Shown: positions 1 to 8,627 of the stretch, piece by piece | How the letters are laid out: every line of letters starts with the position of its first letter | Position numbering within the stretch: position 1 is the first letter of the stretch | Assembly (NCBI GenBank): GCA_963813025.1 | Contig: CAWEXO010000007.1 | Coordinates: forward strand, 1 to 32,423 | Reading direction: 5' to 3' | From: an uncultured Verrucomicrobiae bacterium | GTDB taxonomy: Bacteria; Verrucomicrobiota; Verrucomicrobiia; Chthoniobacterales; JAFAMB01 | Length of the DNA: 32,423 bases | The notes under the pieces: model-generated | Told to the model about the DNA's origin: nothing | The model's input: the letters and a program-made list of their open reading frames with translations, nothing else | The model's database searches: none | Made by a program: the position numbers and the translations under genes

Positions 1-14
1 AGTTCAACTTTTGA
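1..14 (+). other. 3' end (…FNF-stop) of a probable paralogue of the sugar-binding protein gene at 12833-13891, cut by the window edge
   Basis: Bases 1-32 (agttcaacttttgagtgcccggccgtagaata) match 13878-13909 (agtttaacttttgactacccggccgtagaata) at 29/32, including the TGA stop and downstream sequence. Confidence 0.55.
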
Positions 15-40
15 GTGCCCGGCCGTAGAATAGGGTACTA

Positions 41-78
41 GGGGTCGTTTGACGAAAGGGGAAATAAAGTACGTTAAG
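41..78 (+). repeat. 38-bp Tn3-family (Tn21-like) terminal inverted repeat, facing right
   Basis: GGGGTCGTTTGACGAAAGGGGAAATAAAGTACGTTAAG; canonical GGGG…ACGnTAAG form; 35/38 identical to the reverse complement of 6046-6083. Confidence 0.9.
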
Positions 79-198
79 CCCAAGGCAAAGTCTGGGTCGA
101 AGAGGATGACCGATTGACCGATTCTGGGGCGGCGCTCCATTAGGCATTCCGTTGCAATCACCGAAACATCCCGTTCTACTCTCGGAGCCCCTGGCTTC

Positions 199-1313
199 TA
201 GTGCACTGTTACATTGATTATTGATAGGAGCTTGCTGTAGAAAGAGGGGGTGTCTGAACGTATCGTGATTTCGCCGCCGGAGAGAAAAATGCTGGAGAGT
301 CGAGCCCGAACTCGGAGCGGAAGCGTGGCTGAGGCCATGCGCTCGAAGATCGTTTTGAGTTTGGCGGCCGGCAACAGTCAAGCCCAGACCAGTCGGACGG
401 TGGGCTGCAGTGTCAATACGGTTCGATTGTGGAAAGAGCGCTTTGTTGGGGAACGTCTCGGTGGCCTCTACGGCAGGCATCGTGGACGGAGTCGCAGCAA
501 AGAAAGCGTTCGACTCGAGGCCAGAGTGTTGCGACTGGCCCAACGCAAACCGGCTGATGGCTCGACGCATTGGTCGACTCGCAAGATTGCCGCCGAAGTG
601 GGCACCAACCACGTCCGGGTAACGCGCATCTTGGCCAAAGCTGGGCTCCAGCCGCATCGACTGCGCCGCTATGTTTCCAGTAACGATCCGGAGTTCGAGG
701 AAAAAGCCGCCGATATCATCGGTCTGTATCTCAAGCCGCCGGTCAATGCAGCGGTGTTCTGCGTCGACGAGAAAAGTGCCATTCAAGCATTAGATAGGTT
801 GGATCCTGTGTTGCCCTTGAGCCCAGGGCGCGCAGAGCGGCACGGTTTTGAATATTATCGGCACGGGACGCTTTCGCTCTTTGCGGCGCTCAACCCCCAA
901 AGTGGTGAAGTCCTGGGCAGAACCTCTGCCCGCCATACCAGCGCGGAGTTCGTGGCTTTTCTCGAGCAGATCGTTGCTAGCCAAACCCCGGCAAAGGAAA
1001 TTCATATCATCGCCGATAATCTCTCGGCTCATCGTACCTCCAAGGTCTGGGAATTCCTGGGGCGAAATCGTAATGTTGCGCATCCATTACACACCAACCT
1101 ACTCCTCCTGGCTCAACCAAGTTGAGATCTGGTTTTCCAAAATCCAGCGAAATGTAATCGCTCGCGGCATCTTCGTCTCGGTTAAAGATCTCGATCGGAA
1201 ACTCATCCGCTACATCCGTAGCTACAACGAAAAGGCTAAACCCTTTAAGTGGACTTACGCCGAACCTGATAGGCGCATTCGCACCACCAAGAAATCAATG
1301 TAACGCTGCACTA
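199..1313 (+). mobile_element. IS630-family insertion sequence
   Basis: IRs TAGTGCACTGTTACATTGATT (199-219) and AATCAATGTAACGCTGCACTA (1293-1313); both ends lie in CTAG, consistent with TA target duplication. Confidence 0.9.
250..1303 (+). pseudogene. IS630-family transposase with one frameshift near 1078
   Basis: HTH N-terminus; DDE motifs VFCVDEKS and HIIADNLSAH; HYTPTYSSWLNQVEIWF continues in the other frame; one extra T in aatgttgcgcatc. Confidence 0.85.
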
Positions 1314-1338
1314 GTCTGTGACCACGCGGATCTGGATG

Positions 1339-1863
1339 CTATTGGTTGCTAGGGCTGGCCGCAGGAGACGGCGTCGCGGCGGGTGCTGGGGTTATGTTAA
1401 AGGTCTCCAGCTGGTCCTTCCAAGTGTTGCCTTCATGAACATTAACGTCTGACCAATAGCCCTTGATTTCTACAGGACCGAAGTTCTGGCCTTGAACAGT
1501 CGTACTCCATTCCCCGTTGCTCCATGCCTTGTCCCGTTGTTCCTATCATGTGAGGGGAATACTGATCGGCTTTAGAGATATGGTTGCTGAAATGAACTTG
1601 CTTAAACAGGTCTACAAAATGTTTCTCAATGGCATCCCGACCGTAAATCGGTCCCGTGTCCGTTACGATAGCCGCGTCCTCTGCGTAGAGCGCTGCCAGC
1701 GCGGCGGCATCGTTATTATTCCATGCTTCATCAAATTTCTTAATCATTGCGTCCAGCTGCTGGCGGTCCTGCTCACTCGGGCATCGGTCTCTCTCTGGCC
1801 GAAGGTCGGCAAAGCAAAGCTGATTGCCAACCCTACAAGGGTAATTACCAAGCATAATTTCAT
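1339..1863 (-). pseudogene. Secreted NTF2/SnoaL-like (DUF4440-type) protein with two frameshifts
   Basis: Signal peptide MKLCLVITLVGLAISFALPTFG; core KKFDEAWNNNDAAALAALYAEDA…GPIYGRDAIEK; C-terminus EIKGYWSDVNVHEGNTWKDQLETFNITPAPAATPSP…NQ* in a further frame. Confidence 0.75.
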
Positions 1864-2369
1864 TTTTTTCTCCTGGGGTTTTAGGATGGTTTGTCGCTCA
1901 ACGACCTGCCGCGGGATTTCTCTGAGTCGCCGGTAACAACCGGCACCGGGGCAGAGGGAACGCCTTTGGTCAAAGGTCGTAGGTCGTGAGCGACGCTCCA
2001 AGTGGACGCCTCGCCGAATCCGGTGTCAACGAGAAACGATTTTGCATTGGCTTCGCGTTGGTTTTGGTCCCTTTGCCATGGCAAGCCCGCCGACTCCGGC
2101 AGAGAATCCAATGGTAAAAACCAAACTGCGCGGATTAGCCTTACTGGGCTTTTTTGCTCCGCAAACAGGTTCTATAACGCTCCAAATGCGTTCAAAGCGA
2201 CGCAAAGTGCCTGGTCATCGAGCGATCGCGGCATTTTCCGGCGTGGGTAGGATCGTTGATGAGTGGTAACCTGCGAGGGTGAGTTCATCGGACCCGCTCG
2301 GGAACAGCGATCGTTTGTCGGCTTGAACTCCTTAACAAAGATTTTCGGGCCGCTGTGGCCAGTACCCGG

Positions 2370-3005
2370 TTAAGGGCGAGGGCCCTTTTGCGTAAGGACG
2401 CCGCGGCGTACAGAGGTGCGACCGACCTTTAGCCGTTTGGCGATCTCGCGTTTACTGAGTCCGCTGGCGAAGAGACGTTTAATTTCGGCACTGCGTGCTT
2501 TGACGGTCGGTGGTCGGCCATGAGGCTGACCTCGTGCTCTGGCTTGCGCAATGCCAGCCTTCACACGCTCGCGCAGTATTTCGCGCTCAAACTCGGCGAA
2601 AACGGCCAGCATGCCGGCCAGCGCTCGCCCGCTTGGGGTGGTTAGATCTAGCGCTTCGCACAAGGAGACAAAGCCGACGCCCAGCGTCGAGAGTTCTTGA
2701 AGCGAACCGATCAGATCGAGCAAGGATCGCCCCCAACGATCCAGGCGCCAGACCAGAATCGCATCAATCTGACGGCGCCGTGCCGCTTTGATCAGTTCTT
2801 CGCGTTGCGGTCGCTCACTGGCGCCCGAACCCACATCTTCGACGGCTTTGACCACTTTCCAGCTGCGCCGCCTGGCGTACTGACGCATCGCCTTCACCTG
2901 CAAAGGCAGCGTCTGCTGATCATGAGTGGATATCCGCGCATAAATGCCAACGCGAAGCGCTTCTACTACTCTGGCCAAAAATCCTCCGCGAGCACCACCC
3001 CCCAA
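2370..3005 (-). CDS. tnpR: Serine recombinase/resolvase (start uncertain)
   Basis: GIYARIST catalytic Ser motif, LVWRLDRWGRS, FAEFEREILRERVKAG, GRPP, C-terminal HTH. Confidence 0.88.
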   Translation of the reverse strand: MGGGARGGFLARVVEALRVGIYARISTHDQQTLPLQVKAMRQYARRRSWKVVKAVEDVGSGASERPQREELIKAARRRQIDAILVWRLDRWGRSLLDLIGSLQELSTLGVGFVSLCEALDLTTPSGRALAGMLAVFAEFEREILRERVKAGIAQARARGQPHGRPPTVKARSAEIKRLFASGLSKREIAKRLKVGRTSVRRGVLTQKGPRP

Positions 3006-3104
3006 TCCCTCTAAATGCAGGGGGCGCTTTGCTCAAAAAACGCTATGGCGTAAAACATTAGTTAAAGGTCATACTACGCCCGATTTCTCGTCCAGGAAAA
3101 GCTC
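3006..3104. promoter_or_regulatory. Probable res site and divergent promoters between tnpR and tnpA
   Basis: AT-rich spacer between divergent resolvase and transposase genes, the usual res location in this arrangement; subsites not resolved. Confidence 0.45.
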
Positions 3105-6050
3105 ATGCCACGTAAAGCCGTTTTGAGTGCAGCCCAGCAAGCGGCTTTGATCGCCTTGCCGAGCGCAGAACATGACCTTCGGCTGCACTATACGTTGAGT
3201 GAGAATGATCTTGCGATCATCCGCAGCAAGCGTGGCCCGCATAACCGACTCGGCTTCGCCATCCAACTGTGTTACCTGCGCTTTCCAGGCCAGGCCATGA
3301 CTTTGGAGGCGGAACCGCCGGCTGAGCTCTTAGCGCACGTCGCCCAGCAAATTCAGGTCACTCCAGACGCCTGGACCGAATATGCCTCCCGGGACGAAAC
3401 CCGACGCGAGCATGCGCTCGAACTGCAAAGCGTCTTTGGCTACCGGCCGTTTACGATCGCCGAGTACCGCCGGCTTCGCGGGTGGTTGACCGACCTTGCC
3501 CTGCAGACCAACAAAGCCTTGGCTCTGGCCGAACAGCTCATTGAATCGTTACGCAGCCAACACATCTGTTCCGACGGTCACCATGATCGACCGCCTGTGC
3601 GCCGAGGCGCTCGCCCGTGGCGTAAAGTTACTCTATCAACGGCTGACCCGATCGCTCGACGGAGACGGCCGCGCCAAACTGGATGCCTTGCTGTTGCCGC
3701 GGGAAGATCTCCGCACGGTCGTGCTCACCTGGCTTCGACAGCCGCCCGGAGAGCCAAAGGCCCGGAATGTGCTCGCCCATCTCGATCGGTTGCATCGTAT
3801 TCGCGAAGTAAAGCTCTCGGCTAACCTTAGCCAAGCGGTCCATCAGGGTCGCATGGCTCAGCTCGCGCGCGAGGGTGCGCAAATGAGCGCTCAACACTTA
3901 CGAGACCTGGAAAACCGACGACGCCATGCCACGCTAATTGCCGTGTTGCTTGATACCGAAGCGACGATCACCGATCAGATCCTCGACATGCACGACCGCA
4001 TCGTGGGGCGGATGTTCAACGAGGCGAAGCGCAAGCATGAACAAAGCTTTGCCGACTCGGGAAGGGCGATTAACGAAAAGATGCGGTTGTACGTTCGAGT
4101 CGGTCATGCGTTGATCGACGCACGGCAAAAAGGGCTCGATCCCTACGCAGCAATCGAAGCCGTGGTGGCCTGGGACCGCTTCACTCAAAGCGTGGATGAG
4201 GCGGAGCGGCTGGCCGAGCCGGAATCCTTCGATCATCTGCATCTTCTAACCGAAAGCTACGGTCAAGTGCGCCGCTACGCGCCAGCATTGCTGGAGACAT
4301 TCGACTTTGGTGCAGCGCCCGCCGTTGCTCCCTTGCTGGCGGCGATCGACACGTTGCGCGCCATGAATCGCAGTAACGCGCGCAAGGTGCCCGACGACGC
4401 ACCGATGGGTTTCCTGCGTCCGCGCTGGAAACCCTACGTGCTCGCCGAGGCCGGTGCGGGTCGGCCGTTTTATGAACTCGCGGTGCTCACGGAGCTCAAA
4501 AACGGGTTGCGTGCCGGTGACATGTGGGTGCCCGGCTCGCGCCAGTTCAAAGACTTCGAAGCGTATCTGTTGGGGCGAGAGCGTTTCGCCAAGCTGCAAG
4601 ACGCGCAGGCTCTGCCCGTCGCCATCGAGGTAGACAGCGAACGTTATCTGCAGGCGCGTCTTGCACTCCTCCAAGAGAAGCTGCACCAAGTCGATCGACT
4701 CGCGGGTCAGGGTGAACTGCCGGATGCAGAAATTACGGGTGAGCTGCTTAAAGTAAGTCCCCTGAAGAAAGCGGTGCCCGAGGAGGCAGAGCAACTCGAA
4801 GAGGAAGCCTTCGCCCTCATGCCACACCTGAAGATCACCGAGCTTCTGCTTGAGGTCGATCAGTGGACCGACTTTACGCGTCAGTTTACGCACCTCAGGA
4901 GCGGCGAGTTGGCCAGAGACCGCTCGATGTTACTAACCGTAATCTTGGCGGATGCGATCAACCTGGGCTTGGCAAAGATGGCCGAAGCGTGTCCAGGGAC
5001 TACCTTTCGCAAGCTCGACAGCTTGAGAGCTTGGCATGTCCGTGAGGAGACCTACTCCAAAGCCCTCGCCGAAATCGTCAATTACCAGCATAGCTTACCC
5101 TTTTCCGGCCATTGGGGCGCGGGGACAACCTCCTCGTCTGACGGACAGTATTTTCACGTCGGTGGGCGCGGTGAACACGCCGGCCAGGTCAACGCTCGTT
5201 ACGGCAGTGGTCCTGGGGTTACCTTCTACACGCATATCTCGGACCGCTATGCGCCCTTCCATACCAAGGTCATTAACTCGACGGTGCGCGACGCAACCCA
5301 CGTGCTCGATGGACTGCTTTACCATGAATCGGACTTGCGAATCGAAGAACACTAAACCAACACGGCCGGCTTCACCGACCACGTGTTTGGCCTCTGCCAC
5401 TTGTTGGGCTTCCGTTTTGCGCGCCGCATTCGCGATCTCGCCGACCGGCGGCTGTACACCGCCGAAAAAGCCAAGCGCTATCCGACGCTTCGGCCGTTTA
5501 TCGGAGGCACGATCAACCTCAAACAACTTCTGGCCCAGTGGTCAGAGATCCTACGGCTTGGTTGCTCTATCCGCCTGGGCACGGTGCCCTCCTCGCTGAT
5601 CCTGCGAAAACTGGCCAGCTACCCGCGACAAAATGCCCTCGCCTTGGCTTTGCGGGAATTTGGCCAGATAGAACGCACGCTCTTTACGCTCGACTGGCTG
5701 CTCGACAAGGATCTGCGCCAGCGCGTGACAGCCGGCCTCAACAAAGGAGAACTCAAAAATTCGCTGGCCAAGGCCGTCTGCTTTAATCGCTTAGGGGAAC
5801 TGCGCAACGTCACCGCGCAAGCGGCCTCAACCTGGTGGTCGCCGCGATTATCCTGTGGAATACCGTATATCTGGAGCGCGCGCTCGGGGCGCTTCGCCAA
5901 CAAGGGCGGCAAGTCGACGAAGGCTTACTCAAGCATCTGGCGCCGGTCCATTGGAACCACATTAACCTCACCGGCGATTACTCCTGGCGGCAGAACAAAC
6001 ACGTCGAGAAGGGCGGTTTTCGGCCACTCAGGATCTCGCCCGAAGCTTAG
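3105..6050 (+). pseudogene. tnpA: Tn3-family transposase (Tn21/Tn501-like), disrupted
   Basis: MPRKAVLS…[44 protein letters not shown]; frameshift near 3565, TAA at 5353-5355 in place of Tyr (IEEH*TNT), deletion near 5808; stop codon lies inside the IR. Confidence 0.92.
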
Positions 6051-6083
6051 CGTACTTTATTTCCCTTTTCGTCAAAGGACCCC
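6046..6083 (-). repeat. 38-bp Tn3-family terminal inverted repeat at the tnpA end
   Basis: Reverse complement GGGGTCCTTTGACGAAAAGGGAAATAAAGTACGCTAAG. Confidence 0.92.
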
Positions 6084-6265
6084 TTACAGACCGAGCACGG
6101 GTGCTCGCCGTCGAAGGTCTGAACAAGGCCAGCCTTTAGCCCGGCCCGCTGGCTGTACTGGACAATCATGCCAAGCCAGGCGCTCGTTTGCAGCAACGCC
6201 CAGTGACCTCCCAAAATTTGCAGGAGGGCCAGAGCGCAAAAAAAGATGCCAAAACGCGGCCGCAT
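6084..6265 (-). pseudogene. Hydrophobic hypothetical protein with HPCxxC motif, truncated by the transposon end
   Basis: [39 protein letters not shown]…[12 protein letters not shown] runs straight into the IR. Confidence 0.6.
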
Positions 6266-6504
6266 CGGTTCCCGTGTGGCATGTTGACCGGTTCAGCGCC
6301 AAAGGCAACTGCCCAAATGCCCGCCGCAAGTCAACCGCCCCGAGACTGCGGCCCAAGCTTTAGATTTTAGACCTTTGTGCTGATCGTGACGGGAATTTGC
6401 CACTGCTAACGCAATCTCGGCGTCCCCTAGTGCGATGTGAGACAAAGTGTCGCAAAAACGGCGCTTTTGCGACCCGTTCCCGCGACATTCACACATCCCG
6501 CTTG

Positions 6505-6528
6505 ATATATCGGTAAATACCGATACAT
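6505..6528 (+). promoter_or_regulatory. ArsR/SmtB-type operator palindrome overlapping the putative promoter
   Basis: Perfect 8-2-8 core TATCGGTA-AA-TACCGATA (6508-6525), extending to 11-2-11 with one mismatch; TTGATA -35-like hexamer at 6502-6507; ATG at 6537. Confidence 0.75.
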
Positions 6529-6536
6529 GGAAGGTA

Positions 6537-6920
6537 ATGCGAGACTTTACTTCCCTTGGGCAAGCCATCGTAGATCCGACACGCGTCCGCATTATTGCTG
6601 CTCTACGGCGCTGGGAACTGTGCGTGTGTGAGTTGGTAGACGCATTGGAGATCAGCCAATCGACTCTCTCCGGTCATCTTCAGGTCCTTCGGCAGACTGG
6701 CCTGGTTGTTACCAGGAAGGAAGGCCGCTGGATTTACTATTCTCTTTCTGATCGGAAAACTGCACTGATCGAGGCGATATTCTTTCAGGCTAAACCCGAT
6801 AGTGATACCGATCCGCGCCTCCGCCGTGACACGCGGCGAATCGAGCGCCGCTTGGCCATTCGTGAGAACGGGCATATATTGTCGGCTTCACGGAGTTGGA
6901 AGAACATCAGGCTGCTTTGA
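6537..6920 (+). CDS. arsR: ArsR/SmtB-family metalloregulatory repressor (alpha3 CVC type); C-terminal tail possibly frameshifted
   Basis: DPTRVRII…ELCVCELVDALEISQSTLSGHLQVLRQTGLV…RKEGRWIYYSL winged HTH. Confidence 0.88.
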   Translation: MRDFTSLGQAIVDPTRVRIIAALRRWELCVCELVDALEISQSTLSGHLQVLRQTGLVVTRKEGRWIYYSLSDRKTALIEAIFFQAKPDSDTDPRLRRDTRRIERRLAIRENGHILSASRSWKNIRLL

Positions 6921-6928
6921 AATAATCG

Positions 6929-8173
6929 ATGTCTCAATCTCCAGAAACTATCGAAAGTTTGGCGCTCCGAGCCGCGCCAGCACTCCATGAGATCGCTCGT
7001 GGCATGGCGCTCAGAAAATGCCGCAAGTGCGGCTGCATGAAAGATGCTCTCAATCAGGCAGGGCACGCTTTTGAGACTTCCGAAGACCCGAAAATCCGCT
7101 CTTTTCTGCCGCGCATTTCCGATTATCAGGCGAGGATGGAGACGCTGGCCTACGACTGTATTGGCTGTAAAAAATGCTGGGGTGCGGACGCTACCATTGA
7201 GCTCGCCAACCATTTTGATGAGGTGGAGCTCGATACGTGCAGCGATGAGCACTCCCCCGGCGGCATAAAATCGGCTGTTACCTCTTCGAATAGGTACGCG
7301 CGCTCATCAGCGATAGCTGCTTGGCCGCCGCATCCGGGTGACTATGTTTTGGGCAACCCTGAGGGGAGCGTGGCCATTTGCACGCTTTCTAATCGCGATC
7401 TGCCTGCCCGTCTTATTGCTGTCGGAGAACCGGCTGTGGCAATTGCGGGTCGCTGTGACACCGAAAATATTGGTATTGAAAAAGTCGTATTAAATCTGCT
7501 GGCCAATCCACGGATTCGCTGGTTGGTAATCTGCGGCACAGAAGCCAAGGGCCACCGTGCCGGAGACGCTTTTCTCCAACTGAAAGAGCGAGGCGTTGAT
7601 GCTGATATGCGGGTCCTGGAGTCAGCTTCCTGGCGGCCGATTCTTAAAAACTTGACGCTTTTAGACGTGGCACAGTTTCGCCAACAAATTGAGGAGGTTA
7701 ACGTCATTGGCGTTATTGATATAAAGGAAATTCTCGCCGCCGTTCGCGACTGCTCTCACAGCCCGGTGCAGGCATTTCCTGCTGTTCCCGACGAGGCCGC
7801 CGGGCGCAAAGACATACTTGCAGCGGTCGAACACATCCCTGCCAAGGCTCCAAAGCAACTAAGACTTGATCGCGCCGGATTCTTCATTGTTCTGCCGCAG
7901 CCGCAGAAAGGTCTGATTGTCTGTGAACATTACGAAAACAATGGTCGCTTGGCTCATGTCATCGAAGGACGGCAAGCGGCGCTGATCGCTTCTACAGTCG
8001 TGGAGCGCGGATTTGTGACACAACTGGACCACGCCGCGTACCTGGGCCGCGAGCTGGCCAAGGCCGAGGCGGCGCTTTCGTATGGCATCACTTACGAGCA
8101 GGATGCCGCCCTCGGCCGGCTCGCAGCAGCGGAGCCGCACAAAACGAAAAAATCCGACTGCCAGTGCAGCTAG
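6929..8173 (+). CDS. Fusion of an N-terminal Cys6 domain, an MtrA-like corrinoid-binding domain and a DUF4346 domain
   Basis: CRKCGC…CIGCKKC; WPPHPGDYVLGNP, AIAGRCDTENIGIEKVVLNLLANPRIRWLVICGTEAKGH match MtrA motifs; LDRAGFF…LDHAAYLGRELAKAE…YEQD matches DUF4346. Confidence 0.85.
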   Translation: MSQSPETIESLALRAAPALHEIARGMALRKCRKCGCMKDALNQAGHAFETSEDPKIRSFLPRISDYQARMETLAYDCIGCKKCWGADATIELANHFDEVELDTCSDEHSPGGIKSAVTSSNRYARSSAIAAWPPHPGDYVLGNPEGSVAICTLSNRDLPARLIAVGEPAVAIAGRCDTENIGIEKVVLNLLANPRIRWLVICGTEAKGHRAGDAFLQLKERGVDADMRVLESASWRPILKNLTLLDVAQFRQQIEEVNVIGVIDIKEILAAVRDCSHSPVQAFPAVPDEAAGRKDILAAVEHIPAKAPKQLRLDRAGFFIVLPQPQKGLIVCEHYENNGRLAHVIEGRQAALIASTVVERGFVTQLDHAAYLGRELAKAEAALSYGITYEQDAALGRLAAAEPHKTKKSDCQCS

Positions 8174-8228
8174 ATCGTGGCTTTCGGCCCGGTGATGAAA
8201 CGCCTCCGAAACCAAGCAGGTAACGAAT

Positions 8229-8627
8229 ATGACCACAAAAACCAAATGGCCAGGCGCACTTTTGGCCGTAGCAATCACTCTAGTCGCAGGGGGTATCAGG
8301 GCGCAGGATCAGCAGCGGCAACAGCGAACGTCGGAGGGCGCTGTGAGCGTTAATGATCTTGCCGCTAAACCCGGGGAGCACCTGGGCCAAGTGCAGCTGA
8401 TCGGTGTTGTGGCCGCTGTCTCACAAGGACAAGGCTTTGTGCTCGTAGACAAGCGCGAGTATGCCGATTGTGGCCTGACCTGCTTAGCTGAACCAGGTAC
8501 AAAGAAAATTCCGGTACGCTGGAGCGGCGACGCTCCAAAGCTTGAACAAACAGTCCGTGTCGCGGGCATCTTGGGCCAGAGCGCGCAGGGTCTAAGTTTT
8601 GTTGCACAGCAGATAGGTATCCAGTGA
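8229..8627 (+). CDS. Secreted hypothetical protein, OB-fold-like, with CxxxC
   Basis: Signal peptide MTTKTKWPGALLAVAITLVAGGIRA; SVNDLAAKP…VQLIGVV…CGLTC…VRVAGIL; GTGA overlap with the next gene. Confidence 0.75.
   Translation: MTTKTKWPGALLAVAITLVAGGIRAQDQQRQQRTSEGAVSVNDLAAKPGEHLGQVQLIGVVAAVSQGQGFVLVDKREYADCGLTCLAEPGTKKIPVRWSGDAPKLEQTVRVAGILGQSAQGLSFVAQQIGIQ

Larger units (their letters stand above)
41..6083. mobile_element. Degenerate Tn3-family transposon (Tn21 clade, divergent tnpR/tnpA) carrying IS630 and an NTF2-like gene
   Basis: Inward-facing 38-bp IR pair, resolvase and tnpA pseudogene; flanks TACTA vs TTACA are not a matching 5-bp TSD. Confidence 0.65.

Noticed and set aside
4..786. 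260-aa minus-strand ORF
   Set aside because: Antisense shadow of the IS630 transposase that runs across the IS boundary and Tn IR
1070..1090. Programmed frameshift in the IS630 transposase
   Set aside because: No slippery heptamer and the site is inside the catalytic domain; a single extra T explains it
2378..2415. Left IR of the first Tn3 element at the tnpR 3' end
   Set aside because: Only loose similarity (GGGCCCTTTTGCGTAAGG) and no ACGCTAAG inner motif; the IR at 41-78 is a far better partner
6929..8173. Evidence for methanogenesis or a true Mtr complex
   Set aside because: No mtrB-H genes, no membrane anchor, and a bacterial ArsR context; only the corrinoid domain is shared
6929..8173. 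hgcA/hgcB mercury methylation genes
   Set aside because: Lacks the HgcA NVWCAAGK cap-helix motif and transmembrane domain, and there is no 2[4Fe-4S] HgcB; the comparison is only an analogy
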